A stretch of 46,075 bases of DNA, counting the filler, from Candidatus Woesearchaeota archaeon (GTDB taxonomy: Archaea > Nanobdellota > Nanobdellia > SCGC-AAA011-G17 > CAYFGV01): assembly GCA_964342845.1 (NCBI GenBank). It is 7 parts of 7 records of this genome, joined end to end, with 100 filler letters (N's around TTAATTAATTAA, not from the genome) between each part and the next. Parts side by side here need not be neighbours in the genome. Positions count along the whole stretch, not along the records: positions 16,357 to 23,145 come from CAYFGV010000024.1; positions 23,246 to 29,518 come from CAYFGV010000025.1; positions 29,619 to 35,740 come from CAYFGV010000026.1; 4 more parts are not named here. One strand, 5' to 3'. The notes beneath the pieces are model-generated. The model was not told where the DNA came from. It saw only the letters and a program-made list of their open reading frames with translations, and did not search any database. The position numbers were made by a program, and so were the translations under genes. This document shows, piece by piece, positions 20,481 through 29,759 of this stretch. Numbering within the stretch: the first letter of the stretch is position 1; each line of letters opens with the position of its first letter.

Positions 20481-20867
20481 TTATTGTTGTACTTCTTGAT
20501 AAAGCTTAGCTTGTTTGTTAACTTGATTTTCTAAGGTTTTTTCTTGTTCTTTGATAGCTTTTTCTAATTCTTCTATTTGGTTAGAAATTAGAGTTTTTGT
20601 TTCTTTAGTAGTTTTATCTTTAGTTACTTTTGCTCCAACATTAACTATTAGGTTTTTATTATCTAATAATTTAGTTTTTAAAAAAATACCTGCTCCTAAA
20701 GGAGTTAGAATTTCTGTTTCTGGTTTTTCTTTTTCTATTTGTTCTATTGTTTCTTTAACAACATTCAATTCATTTATTTGATTTGCTAATAAATTATTTG
20801 TTTGGCTTAATTGTTCTATTTCTTGGTTTATTAGCTGGAGTTCAAGCAGTTTTTCTTGGTTTTGCAT
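20481..20867 (-). CDS. pfdA: Prefoldin subunit alpha
   Basis: Coiled coils flanking the PLGAGIF and VNVGA hairpins. Confidence 0.9.
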   Translation of the reverse strand: MQNQEKLLELQLINQEIEQLSQTNNLLANQINELNVVKETIEQIEKEKPETEILTPLGAGIFLKTKLLDNKNLIVNVGAKVTKDKTTKETKTLISNQIEELEKAIKEQEKTLENQVNKQAKLYQEVQQ

Positions 20868-21183
20868 CTTTTTTCTTTTTAAGTTTTTTTTCTTTTTTAG
20901 GTTTTTCTTTCACTGGTTCTTCTTTTTTTGGTTTTTCTTTTCTTGGAATTACTTCTAGTTTTTGAGATGTCATTGCTTTATGTACTTCGGCAGTAGAAGC
21001 TGATTTTTTAATGTCTAAGACCTTTTCTGTTGGATGTAAATGCTTTACATTACATTTTTTTCTTTTTACATTACCATCTATTAGAACATAAGTGTCATCT
21101 ATTTTTTCTACTATGATTGCTATTTTTCCTGCGTCTTTTCCTGCTGTTTTAATGCAGACTCTTCCTGGGTTGTGTATTTCCAT
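20842..21183 (-). CDS. rpl14e: 50S ribosomal protein L14e
   Basis: GRVCIKTAGKDAG and RKKCNVKHL motifs; lysine-rich C-terminal tail. Confidence 0.93.
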   Translation of the reverse strand: MEIHNPGRVCIKTAGKDAGKIAIIVEKIDDTYVLIDGNVKRKKCNVKHLHPTEKVLDIKKSASTAEVHKAMTSQKLEVIPRKEKPKKEEPVKEKPKKEKKLKKKKDAKPRKTA

Positions 21184-21282
21184 GTGTTTTTTGAAGATTT
21201 AACTGTTTTAAAAGGTTTTTGGTTGGGCTTTTAATTTTAAAAGTATAGAAACTTTTAAAAGTAGACTAATTATAATCTTTTT

Positions 21283-21551
21283 GTAGGCTAGACCGGGGCG
21301 TTAGTCCTGTCTTGTAACCATAAACGGACTTTAGATGGGGTCGAAGCTTAAGCTGAGGTGTTTAATTTAATTATTGGTCTCGGCCTGGACGTTGATCCTT
21401 TGTCCTATAGGATCGTTGTTATGGGGAATCTTGTCAGATTGGGAACAAAGCAGCAATAACCTATGATTTCGGTGCTTATAGGGTAGCGAAGGGGAGAAAG
21501 GGTTGAGGTAGCTGATAGTTAATTTAAATATCCAAGCTTGGGTGTGCCTAC
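21283..21551 (+). ncRNA. ffs: Signal recognition particle RNA (7S)
   Basis: GC-enriched intergenic block with pairing termini GTAGGC/GCCTAC. It has an Alu-like 5' part (GGCTAGACCGGG...TGTAACC...AAACG...GGGGTCGAAG) and helix 8 GTCAGATTG-GGAA-CAAAGCAGC. TATA-like box at about 21250-21260. Confidence 0.85.
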
Positions 21552-22009
21552 GTTTCTTTACTAATTTCTAGAAGTATATGACCTAAGTTTTCTGCTATGG
21601 ATCCATATAACCTTTCTATTACTAGTTCATACATTTCTTCTTTTAATTCTCCTGTGCAATAGTCTATAATATTTAATTCAGATATTTTGTGTTCTGTTAG
21701 GTTTGATTTTGGGATTATACATATCATATTTTTCCCTTGAAATTCTGATATTGTTTCTTGTGTTCCTTGGATTGAAACTGCTGTGACTTCTATGATGCAT
21801 GAATGGTTATTTAATCCTTGTATTTCATAAGTGAATGTGTTTGTATCTTCTGTTAGAGTTAATTTAGCAGATCTACATGTTTTTGCTGCATTACTAAAAC
21901 ATACTTCGTCTGAATTACATTCTCTTTCATATGATAGGAAGAATAAGAATATGGCTAGTATAATAACCATTGATGTTAGTACTATGTCTACCCTCTTCTT
22001 TTCTTTCAT
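21548..22009 (-). CDS. Hypothetical membrane-anchored, cysteine-containing exported protein
   Basis: N-terminal TM helix and six Cys in the soluble part. Confidence 0.7.
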   Translation of the reverse strand: MKEKKRVDIVLTSMVIILAIFLFFLSYERECNSDEVCFSNAAKTCRSAKLTLTEDTNTFTYEIQGLNNHSCIIEVTAVSIQGTQETISEFQGKNMICIIPKSNLTEHKISELNIIDYCTGELKEEMYELVIERLYGSIAENLGHILLEISKET

Positions 22010-22074
22010 AGATTTATTTAACTTTTATTGTTTTAAATAGTTTTTTGTTTTTTAAATTAAAAAAGAAATAATTT

Positions 22075-23145
22075 TTAAAGTTCTTCTTTTGTTAATAGGT
22101 TTAATCTTGTTTGATTTTTGTTTATTTCTGAGCTAGTACCAATTATAAATTTAACATTTGCTCTTTCTGCTATTCTGTTGGCATCTCTTGTTATTTTACC
22201 GTCTATAATTACTGCGTGTACACCAGATCTTAGGTTTCTTAATGTTGTTTCTAGTTCTGTTGTTGGTACTTTTCCTAGAATGTTCGAAGATTCGTCTACT
22301 AAACAAGTTGCTTTAGTTCCTATTAATTCTTCTAGTATTTCTTTAAATACTGGAAAGTCTTTTTTTGGGAATGTTTTTTTTGGAACAAATTCTCTTTTTT
22401 GATAGAATTCCTTTTTTTTGTATGGTTGTTTGTTATTTCTATCTATTTCTAGTTTTGCTTGTTCTGTAGCTATTTTTGATCTTAGTGCTTTATGAAGTTC
22501 TTTTTTTGTTATTTCTTCTACTTCTTTTCCGTCTGGAGCTTTTGCAATAAAATCTATTTCTGTTGTTGCTAGAAGTTCTTTGATTATTAGATCTCCTCCT
22601 CTATCTCCATCAACAAAAACTGTTACTTCTTTTTTCTTACATATTTCTTTTATTGTTTCTGGTACTGAGGTTCCGTTTAGGGCTATACCATTTTTGATGT
22701 TGTTTTTTAATAGGTTTAAAACATCTGCACGACCTTCAACTAAGATTATTTCATTAGATTCCTCAATTGCAGGACCTGCGGGTAGTCTGTCTTTACCATA
22801 TTCTGTTATTTCCATCATTCTTACTGAATGGGCTACTTCTTCTGCTATTTCTTGGGAATCTGGAAGTATATTTTCTGTTAATTCTCTTAGAAGTTCTTTT
22901 GCTCTTTCTATTACTTGGTTTCTTTTTGAAATTCTTACATCTTCTATTTTTTCTGAAGCAACTTTTGCATCACAAGGACCTATCCTTTGTATTGTTTCTA
23001 GAGAGGCTCCTATGATTGCTGTTTCTGCTTTATCTAAGCTTGAAGGTACTATTATTGATCCAGATGCTTTTCCTGCTTTGGTTTCTATGTTAACCTCTAT
23101 TCTTCCGATTTTTCCATTTCTTTGAAGTTCTCTTAATTCAAGTTA
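22075..23145 (-). CDS. dnaG: Archaeal DnaG-like TOPRIM protein (exosome-associated), 5' truncated
   Basis: The frame stays open to the contig end (LRELQRNGKIGRIEV, RIGPC). TOPRIM motifs VEGRADV, DGDRGG and GKEVEE. Confidence 0.92.
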
Positions 23146-23245
23146 NNNNNNNNNNNNNNNNNNNNNNNNNNNNNNNNNNNNNNNNNNNNTTAATTAATTA
23201 ANNNNNNNNNNNNNNNNNNNNNNNNNNNNNNNNNNNNNNNNNNNN
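23146..23245. other. Artificial contig linker
   Basis: N44-TTAATTAATTAA-N44. Confidence 0.98.
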
Positions 23246-24065
23246 TCACTTTAGTTGTTAAAGAACCAATAATTAAAGTAAAAATTGCAGCATAAACTCC
23301 TGAAATTGACACCAAAGAACCAAGAGAGATATAAGTTCCTAAGATCAAAAAAATAAACAAAGGCCAAAAAACTTTTTGAGCCATATTATGGAACCCTCTT
23401 GTAGCAAATATCATTGAATCCTTAAAATGAGATTTATTCATAATATGTTTTAAGGAAAAACCAACAGGTTCATAACTATCTTTTGAAAAAAACAATGGAA
23501 TTGTTGAAACTATAATCAAAATACTAGCAAACCCAAATAAAAACATAAAACCAAAATAAGTAATTACAAAAGCACCAACCAAAGGACCTAAAACCGTAGA
23601 CCCTAGAGCTAAAGAATACCATATACTGATTTGTTTCCCTCTATGATTTTTATCAGAGTATTTAGCAAATTCTGAATGAAAGGCTAGCCAAAAGAGTACA
23701 GCTTCTGTAGCAAATAAAATAGCAGGAATAAAATAATGAAATAAACCTCCTTTCAACATATAAAGAGAAGCAAAGAAAACTATTTGTAACGGAGCAGAAA
23801 TAAGAATAGAGTGTTTCAATCCTATCTTTGAGACAGCTGTAGAAAAAAAAGGAACTAAAAAGATAGTAGCAAAAGCAACTATTAAGTAAAACATAATAAT
23901 ATCTAAAAAACCATAACTTAGCTCAGAATAAAAATACAAAGGAATAAAGATTGCAATTAAACTAACAGCAAAAGTCTTTATAGTAATAGAGCTATATATC
24001 TCTTTCATCTCTTTCTTCTTTAAATGTTCTAACTGTTTTGCAACATGATAATGGTGGTTATGCAT
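23246..24065 (-). CDS. MFS transporter, 3' truncated
   Basis: Multiple TM helices, KIGLK loop, RGKQ and LGPLVGA MFS motifs. Confidence 0.82.
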
Positions 24066-24114
24066 ATTACTTTATTTTCGAAACCTATTTAAATATGTTT
24101 TTATTCCATTTTTT

Positions 24115-24294
24115 ATGAACAAAGCAATAAAAATAGTAATTGGTTTAATATTAATTCTTGCTGGAGCATATAGTTATTTTTATGAATTCTTCAGAGAACA
24201 ATTAATAGAGCTGATTAAACTAAGTATAGGAAATTTGGGGTTATTAGCAATGTTTATAGGCTTAATGTTTATAGTAGTTGCTTTTTTTGAATAA
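24115..24294 (+). CDS. Small two-TM membrane protein (59 aa)
   Basis: MNKAIKIVIGLILILAGAYSYFYEFFREQLIELIKLSIGNLGLLAMFIGLMFIVVAFFE; shares a TATTTAAATA box with the divergent MFS gene. Confidence 0.65.
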   Translation: MNKAIKIVIGLILILAGAYSYFYEFFREQLIELIKLSIGNLGLLAMFIGLMFIVVAFFE

Positions 24295-24308
24295 ATTTTT
24301 TTATTTTT

Positions 24309-25511
24309 TTAAATAAATTCTTTCAACTTACTCTGCTCTTTAATACTTTTCAACAACAAACTTTCTTTCAAAATACAAGAAATATCAACCTTAAACCTAT
24401 TAAAAATTAAATTCTTAGCCTCTTTCACTAATTCTTCTTTAGTTAAAAATTTAAAACTCTCAGAATTAACAGACTTTCTGGCAGCAGATCTGCAAACAAA
24501 AACACCCAAAGGAACTTCATATTCAGAAGAAATAAATCTTAAAACCAAAATAGAAGCTTGTTTTTTAATTTTCTTCAAATACTCTAACACAGGTAAACGA
24601 GCAGCATAATAACCTCCAGCAGTACGAAAAGCATAACCTTTCCTTCCAGAATAAGGTTCATAATCAGTAACCCACCTCATTTTAGAACCCCAAACACCAC
24701 CAGGCAAATAACTTTCAAACAATTCATAAGAATAAACCTCTGGAAATAACAAAACTAAATAATAATTCCCCAAATATCCACCAAAAAACATCATATAGTC
24801 TTCAACCATTCGATAATCTTTAATCTCCTTTATAATCATCTTCCCTAAACTATCATCTGTTGCAGTAATTGAAAACCTAGTTGGAACTAATTTCCTATTT
24901 TTCTTTAACCCCAAAACACCAATAGACAACAACTGTGTTAACTCTTGCTCACCAAAACCAGACTTATAAAGATATTTTAAACCTTCAACAGCTTTTAAAT
25001 CTACATCAGAAACAACTTTATCAACTTTTTGAGGAATCTTAGGATTAGAAACAACTTTTAATTTTTTTAATCTAGCTCCAGGACCAACAGGTAAAGTAAT
25101 ATCATCTGTATTAACCTTAAACTTAACCTTTTTACTTAAATCTATATTAACATCAACAGGTTTAACAGCCATCCCAATCTCTTGAAAACTAGAAATCAAC
25201 TTCTCTTTAGAATAAACATCACTTCTAACTCTAGAATTTATCAAAGCAGCCCTTAACTTGACTATTTGCTTTACATTATAATTATGCTCAGACCAATACG
25301 TTGGAGCATCATAAATCCAATTCTCTTTTATATCATCTAAAGGAGATAGAACACCAACATTAACAGTTGGATATTTCAACTTAGATCCAATAAATATACT
25401 AGGAGGACTAGCAGAATTAATATTGTCTATCTCTTTAACTTTAAAACCTGCACTAACAGAATGAATAGGACATCTTTCTCCCTTAGAACAAAAAATACAT
25501 TTTAGTTTCAT
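24309..25511 (-). CDS. nreA: Nre-family DNA repair protein
   Basis: SPPSIFIG, YP.V.VG, RKLVPTRFSITATD, AGGYYAARL and PLGV motifs; C-terminal PIP box QSKLKEF. Confidence 0.9.
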   Translation of the reverse strand: MKLKCIFCSKGERCPIHSVSAGFKVKEIDNINSASPPSIFIGSKLKYPTVNVGVLSPLDDIKENWIYDAPTYWSEHNYNVKQIVKLRAALINSRVRSDVYSKEKLISSFQEIGMAVKPVDVNIDLSKKVKFKVNTDDITLPVGPGARLKKLKVVSNPKIPQKVDKVVSDVDLKAVEGLKYLYKSGFGEQELTQLLSIGVLGLKKNRKLVPTRFSITATDDSLGKMIIKEIKDYRMVEDYMMFFGGYLGNYYLVLLFPEVYSYELFESYLPGGVWGSKMRWVTDYEPYSGRKGYAFRTAGGYYAARLPVLEYLKKIKKQASILVLRFISSEYEVPLGVFVCRSAARKSVNSESFKFLTKEELVKEAKNLIFNRFKVDISCILKESLLLKSIKEQSKLKEFI

Positions 25512-25879
25512 ATTCTAGGAACTTCTTTATCACAATAAGGACAATTACTTGGTTTTTTTAAATGCTTTCTATATTTAAAACCATATCCGCATTTTGTGCA
25601 AGTATACATTAAAATTCCTTCATCTTCTGTTTTCCTAAAATCAGGCCTAGGTTTAGGTTCTTTGTTTAATTTCTCCAACAAAACATCGTCTTCATCCCAA
25701 CCAGGAGGCAAGTCTTTTTTAATTTCTGGTTCTTTTTTAGGCGTATTATTATTCCTATAACAATCAGAACAAACAACGGTTTTCAAAACATAATCTAGCT
25801 TAAACTCAGAAGAAGCTCTCTTCTTACCACATTTCTTACAAATAACTTGCACATCCGAACCACTAGGAATATAAACCAT
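25508..25879 (-). CDS. Double zinc-ribbon hypothetical protein
   Basis: Four CxxC pairs separated by a PPGWDEDD linker; 4-nt overlap with nreA. Confidence 0.75.
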   Translation of the reverse strand: MVYIPSGSDVQVICKKCGKKRASSEFKLDYVLKTVVCSDCYRNNNTPKKEPEIKKDLPPGWDEDDVLLEKLNKEPKPRPDFRKTEDEGILMYTCTKCGYGFKYRKHLKKPSNCPYCDKEVPRI

Positions 25880-25976
25880 TTCCTGGTTATAATCATCAAA
25901 TATTTATAGATTTATATAGTGAAGAATAAATAAAACCGAAACCTTTATTAGTAAGCAATACTTACTTTCTTACAAA

Positions 25977-26243
25977 ATGGCTGAAATAATTACAAGCTCG
26001 TCTAAAGGACAAATCGTTATTCCAAAAGATTTAAGGGAAGAACTAGGTATAACTACCGGAACACACTTTGTTATATTTGGAAAAGAAGATACATTAATCC
26101 TAAAAAAAGTAGATGTACCAAAAGCAAAAGAAGTCTTCGAAAAAGTACATAAGTGGGGAACCCAACTAGCTAAAAAGAAAGGCTGGAAAGAAGAAGATCT
26201 AATGAAAAAAATTCACAAAGGCAGAGGCATAAAAAGTGAATAA
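25977..26243 (+). CDS. AbrB/MazE-family antitoxin
   Basis: SSKGQIVIPKDLREELGI motif. Confidence 0.88.
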   Translation: MAEIITSSSKGQIVIPKDLREELGITTGTHFVIFGKEDTLILKKVDVPKAKEVFEKVHKWGTQLAKKKGWKEEDLMKKIHKGRGIKSE

Positions 26244-26646
26244 GCCTTCGGTTGTCCTAGATACAAACATCTATATTTCTTCTCTATTTTGGGGCGGAGC
26301 TTCTTATAAAATTGTACAAAAAGCAATTGAACAACAAATCATTGTTTTTATCTCTAAAGAAATTCTAAAGGAAATAGAAAAAGTATTAATAAGGGACTTT
26401 AATTTAGAAAAACAAGAGATAGAAGATGTTTTAGAGGCAATTATCCTTTTCACACACATCATCGAAGTAAATACAAAATTAGATCTAGTTCAAGAAGACC
26501 CAGACGATAACAAGATCTTAGAATGCGCATTTGACTCTAATTCTAATTACATTGTCACACAAGATAAACATTTGCTTAAATTAGGTAAATTCATTGATAT
26601 AAAGATAACCTCTCCTGAAAATTTCTTAAAAACAAAACACTTTTAA
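26236..26646 (+). CDS. PIN-domain (VapC-like) toxin
   Basis: VVLDTNI, EDPDDNKILECA and IVTQDKHLL motifs; overlaps the antitoxin. Confidence 0.9.
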   Translation: MNKPSVVLDTNIYISSLFWGGASYKIVQKAIEQQIIVFISKEILKEIEKVLIRDFNLEKQEIEDVLEAIILFTHIIEVNTKLDLVQEDPDDNKILECAFDSNSNYIVTQDKHLLKLGKFIDIKITSPENFLKTKHF

Positions 26647-26669
26647 ATCCATCAAATACCTAAATTCTA

Positions 26670-26885
26670 ATGGCAAAAAAACCACATACAAGGATGAAGA
26701 GAAAGTTTAGGCTAAATACAAGACATAGACATTTAGCATTTTTAAGAGGAAAATTCAGAGAAAATAGACCAAAAACATTCAAAACAGAGGAATCTGCCAA
26801 TAAACACGCAAAAGAAAAAGGTATAAAAAAATACACTTTAGTTAAAGCAAAAAGAGATAAAAAATTCAAAATAGTAGAAGAGTAA
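26670..26885 (+). CDS. Small highly basic hypothetical protein
   Basis: 71 aa, K/R/H-rich N-terminus, RPKTFKTEESA motif; TATA-like box upstream. Confidence 0.7.
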   Translation: MAKKPHTRMKRKFRLNTRHRHLAFLRGKFRENRPKTFKTEESANKHAKEKGIKKYTLVKAKRDKKFKIVEE

Positions 26886-26886
26886 C

Positions 26887-27303
26887 TTATTTTGTAAGAC
26901 TTCTCAACTTTGGAATTAAAACATCCATAATCTCCAAGCTTTTTTCAGCTTCTTCTAAACTAACAGTTCTCCCATAATACTTTATTCCATGCCTAATCTT
27001 TCTTAAATTATCCAAATATCTTATTTCAGATTCTTTAATTTTAGGAAAATTTCTTAAAAATAATATAGTGGCTTCATGAGAGTATGACTTAAAACCTTCA
27101 AGTGCTAATTTAGCTTCTATTAACTCTCTTAAAACATCATAAATGTTCTCTACAAGATATTTCGCATTTTCCTTACTTGAGCTTAAACTTTCAATAAATT
27201 TTGATCTATCAAAGCTTTCTCTCATTAATAACATTGCTAGTCTTTCATCTTTTGATTGTCTTTTTACATCTCCTTTCTGAATAAAATACTCAAAATCCAT
27301 CAT
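26887..27303 (-). CDS. HEPN-domain protein (toxin of an MNT-HEPN pair)
   Basis: Helical protein with SHEA and LRKIRHGIKYYG (Rx4-6 Y variant) motifs; coupled to the MNT gene. Confidence 0.75.
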   Translation of the reverse strand: MMDFEYFIQKGDVKRQSKDERLAMLLMRESFDRSKFIESLSSSKENAKYLVENIYDVLRELIEAKLALEGFKSYSHEATILFLRNFPKIKESEIRYLDNLRKIRHGIKYYGRTVSLEEAEKSLEIMDVLIPKLRSLTK

Positions 27304-27824
27304 TTTAGAACAATGTCTCCTTCTAAAACAATTCCATTTATCAAACTTTCTTTTAGAGCTACTGAAGCTTTTCTAAAGTCAATAAATTCAATATTAATAG
27401 TTCTATTCAGTTTTTTTTCAAATTTTGCAATATCCAATCTTTTTTCTTTACTAAATATAGCAATATCTATGTCAGATTTTTCTATATCTTCTCCTCTTGA
27501 ATAAGAGCCAAAAAGAACTATTGTTGTTAAAGGAAAATTTTCCTTGAGATAATATTCTAATCCAATTTCATAAATTCTCCTTAGATTATGAATTCTCTTT
27601 GATTTTTTAAATTTATCATCTAGGTTTGCCTGTATTTCAGAAATGAATTTTTTTTTATAAGTTACTAAACCTTCTTTTTCCAATTCATTCACAACTTTAG
27701 AAACAGCAGGGGCAGAAACATTAAGTTTTCTAGCTATCTCCCTTGTGTGAAACCTCTGAGTAGGAAAATCAAAAAACAATCCTAAAACTTTATCTTTTAT
27801 CATTTTGTAAATTTTTATTAACAT
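27300..27824 (-). CDS. HTH-fused minimal nucleotidyltransferase (MNT antitoxin)
   Basis: N-terminal wHTH (REIARKLNVSAPAVS) and LFGSYSRGED..SDIDIA MNT motif. Confidence 0.88.
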   Translation of the reverse strand: MLIKIYKMIKDKVLGLFFDFPTQRFHTREIARKLNVSAPAVSKVVNELEKEGLVTYKKKFISEIQANLDDKFKKSKRIHNLRRIYEIGLEYYLKENFPLTTIVLFGSYSRGEDIEKSDIDIAIFSKEKRLDIAKFEKKLNRTINIEFIDFRKASVALKESLINGIVLEGDIVLK

Positions 27825-27934
27825 ATGTTTATTTAATTTAACACTTGTAAATTATAGTTAACAAACCTTTATAAGTCTTTCGTTTTTTCACAAAAATCAG
27901 TAACTTATTTAAAACATTAAAATATATTTTCTCT

Positions 27935-28492
27935 ATGACATTAATAAGCTTTCAAGAAGTATTAGAATTAATAATAATGACTTTAGTAATTGGTTATATT
28001 TTTACAGGTTTATTCAAGTTTAAAATTAAAACAGCCCATGATTATATGCGCCCTTCTGGATTTGATTGGCAAGAGTTTAAGTTTGCTGTCTTAGTTGCTG
28101 CTCCTGCTATAGTTTTACATGAACTAGGACATAAATTTGTTGCTATGGCTTATGGATATTCAGCAGAATTCCATATGTTTACATTTGGTTTAGCTTTAGG
28201 TGTTATTTTAAAATTAATTAGTGCTCCTTTTATTATAATTGCTCCTGGATTTGTAAGTATTCCAGCTGTTAGTTCTGATTTAATTTATAGATTAATTGCA
28301 TTTGCAGGTCCTTTTGTTAACTTAGTCCTATGGATTGGTTCTATGTTGATACTTAAATTTGCTAAAAACCTACCTAGAACTAATATGATTTTCTTAGCTG
28401 CAACAAAAAAATTAAACATGATTTTATTTTTCTTTAATATGATACCTTTTGGACCTTTAGATGGAGCAAAGGTTTTGTTTGGCATGGGTTAA
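27935..28492 (+). CDS. Peptidase M50-family membrane metalloprotease (second paralogue)
   Basis: HELGH, AGPFVN and FNMIPFGPLDG motifs. Confidence 0.88.
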   Translation: MTLISFQEVLELIIMTLVIGYIFTGLFKFKIKTAHDYMRPSGFDWQEFKFAVLVAAPAIVLHELGHKFVAMAYGYSAEFHMFTFGLALGVILKLISAPFIIIAPGFVSIPAVSSDLIYRLIAFAGPFVNLVLWIGSMLILKFAKNLPRTNMIFLAATKKLNMILFFFNMIPFGPLDGAKVLFGMG

Positions 28493-28501
28493 AAATGCTT
28501 T

Positions 28502-29518
28502 CTATTCTCCATTCTCAACCTTAGCAATACTCACAACCTTATCACCAACTCCAAGCTTCATCAACTTAACCCCTTGCGTATTCCTTCCAATCAAAGAAAT
28601 ATTCCCAACATTAACTCTAATAACAATTCCTTTTTTACTAATAAAAATAACTTGGTCATCATCTAAAACACTTCTAATACCAACTACTCGACCATTACGG
28701 CTAGATGTTTTAATATTAATAACACCTTTAGCACCACGATTAACCAAACGATAAGCCTCAACCTTACTCCTTTTACCAAAACCATTCTCAGTAATTGTTA
28801 ATAAACTACCTTTAGCAAATTCCATACCAACAACCTTATCTTTCAACAAACGAACACCCTTAACACCAGAAGCATTTCTACCAACAGCTCTAACTAATCT
28901 TTCATTAAATCTAACAGCATATCCATTAGCAGTTGCTAAAACCATTTCATCTTCTCCAGAAGTCAAACGAACATTAACCAATTCATCTCCAGTTTTCAAC
29001 TTAACAGCAATTATTCCTCCTTGTCTAGGTCTTGAATACTCAACCAATTTGGTCTTTTTCAACAAACCTTTAGCAGTAGCCATTAACAAATAACCCTCTC
29101 CAAAATTCTTAACAGAAATTACACTAGATATCTTTTCCCCGCTATCCAACCTCAACAAATTAATAAAATTAGTTCCTCTAGAATATCTTCCTGCAGATGG
29201 AACTGCATAAGTTTTCAACCAATAAACCTTTCCTTTATTTGAAAAGCAAAGTAAATAACTATGAGTATTAGCAATAAATAAATATTTAATAAAATCATTC
29301 TCTTTCAAATCAGCACCCTTAACACCTCTTCCACCTCTTTTTTGCTCTTTATAAGTATCTAAAGGCAACCTTTTAACATAACCATCATTACTAATTGTAA
29401 CTACAACATCCTCTTTCTTAATTAAATCCTCAACTTCTAGCTCTTCAAAACTTTCATCAAACCTAGTTCTTCTCTCATCAGAATACTTTGAAACAATTTC
29501 ATTCAACTCGTTCTTAAT
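28502..29518 (-). CDS. gyrA: DNA gyrase subunit A, C-terminal part
   Basis: DERRT motif, GyrA-box QKRGGRG and six beta-pinwheel repeats (GRxxxG). Confidence 0.94.
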   Translation of the reverse strand: MKNELNEIVSKYSDERRTRFDESFEELEVEDLIKKEDVVVTISNDGYVKRLPLDTYKEQKRGGRGVKGADLKENDFIKYLFIANTHSYLLCFSNKGKVYWLKTYAVPSAGRYSRGTNFINLLRLDSGEKISSVISVKNFGEGYLLMATAKGLLKKTKLVEYSRPRQGGIIAVKLKTGDELVNVRLTSGEDEMVLATANGYAVRFNERLVRAVGRNASGVKGVRLLKDKVVGMEFAKGSLLTITENGFGKRSKVEAYRLVNRGAKGVINIKTSSRNGRVVGIRSVLDDDQVIFISKKGIVIRVNVGNISLIGRNTQGVKLMKLGVGDKVVSIAKVENGE

Positions 29519-29618
29519 NNNNNNNNNNNNNNNNNNNNNNNNNNNNNNNNNNNNNNNNNNNNTTAATTAATTAANNNNNNNNNNNNNNNNNNNNNNNNNN
29601 NNNNNNNNNNNNNNNNNN
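29519..29618. other. Artificial contig linker
   Basis: N44-TTAATTAATTAA-N44. Confidence 0.98.
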
Positions 29619-29759
29619 TTTTTGAGCTATTTCTGATTTTTCTGCATCTAATATTACTAAACGACCTTTCCAATTCTCAGTAAAAGATTTTCCTTTACAA
29701 AGAGGACAAGCATCTTTTTCTACAAAGATTTTACATTTTTTACATACTTTTTTAGCCAT
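29619..29759 (-). CDS. spt4: Transcription elongation factor Spt4 (RpoE''), 3' truncated
   Basis: CKKC..CPLC, W.G and SEIA motifs; downstream of rpoE1. Confidence 0.9.

Noticed and set aside
21283..21551. RNase P RNA or a tRNA cluster as an alternative identity
   Set aside because: It lacks the GAGGAAAGTCC P4 motif and T-arm GTTCRA motifs; the helix 8 and Alu features fit SRP RNA.
22580..23125. 181-aa plus-strand ORF
   Set aside because: Antisense shadow of dnaG, whose minus-strand frame is open to the contig end.
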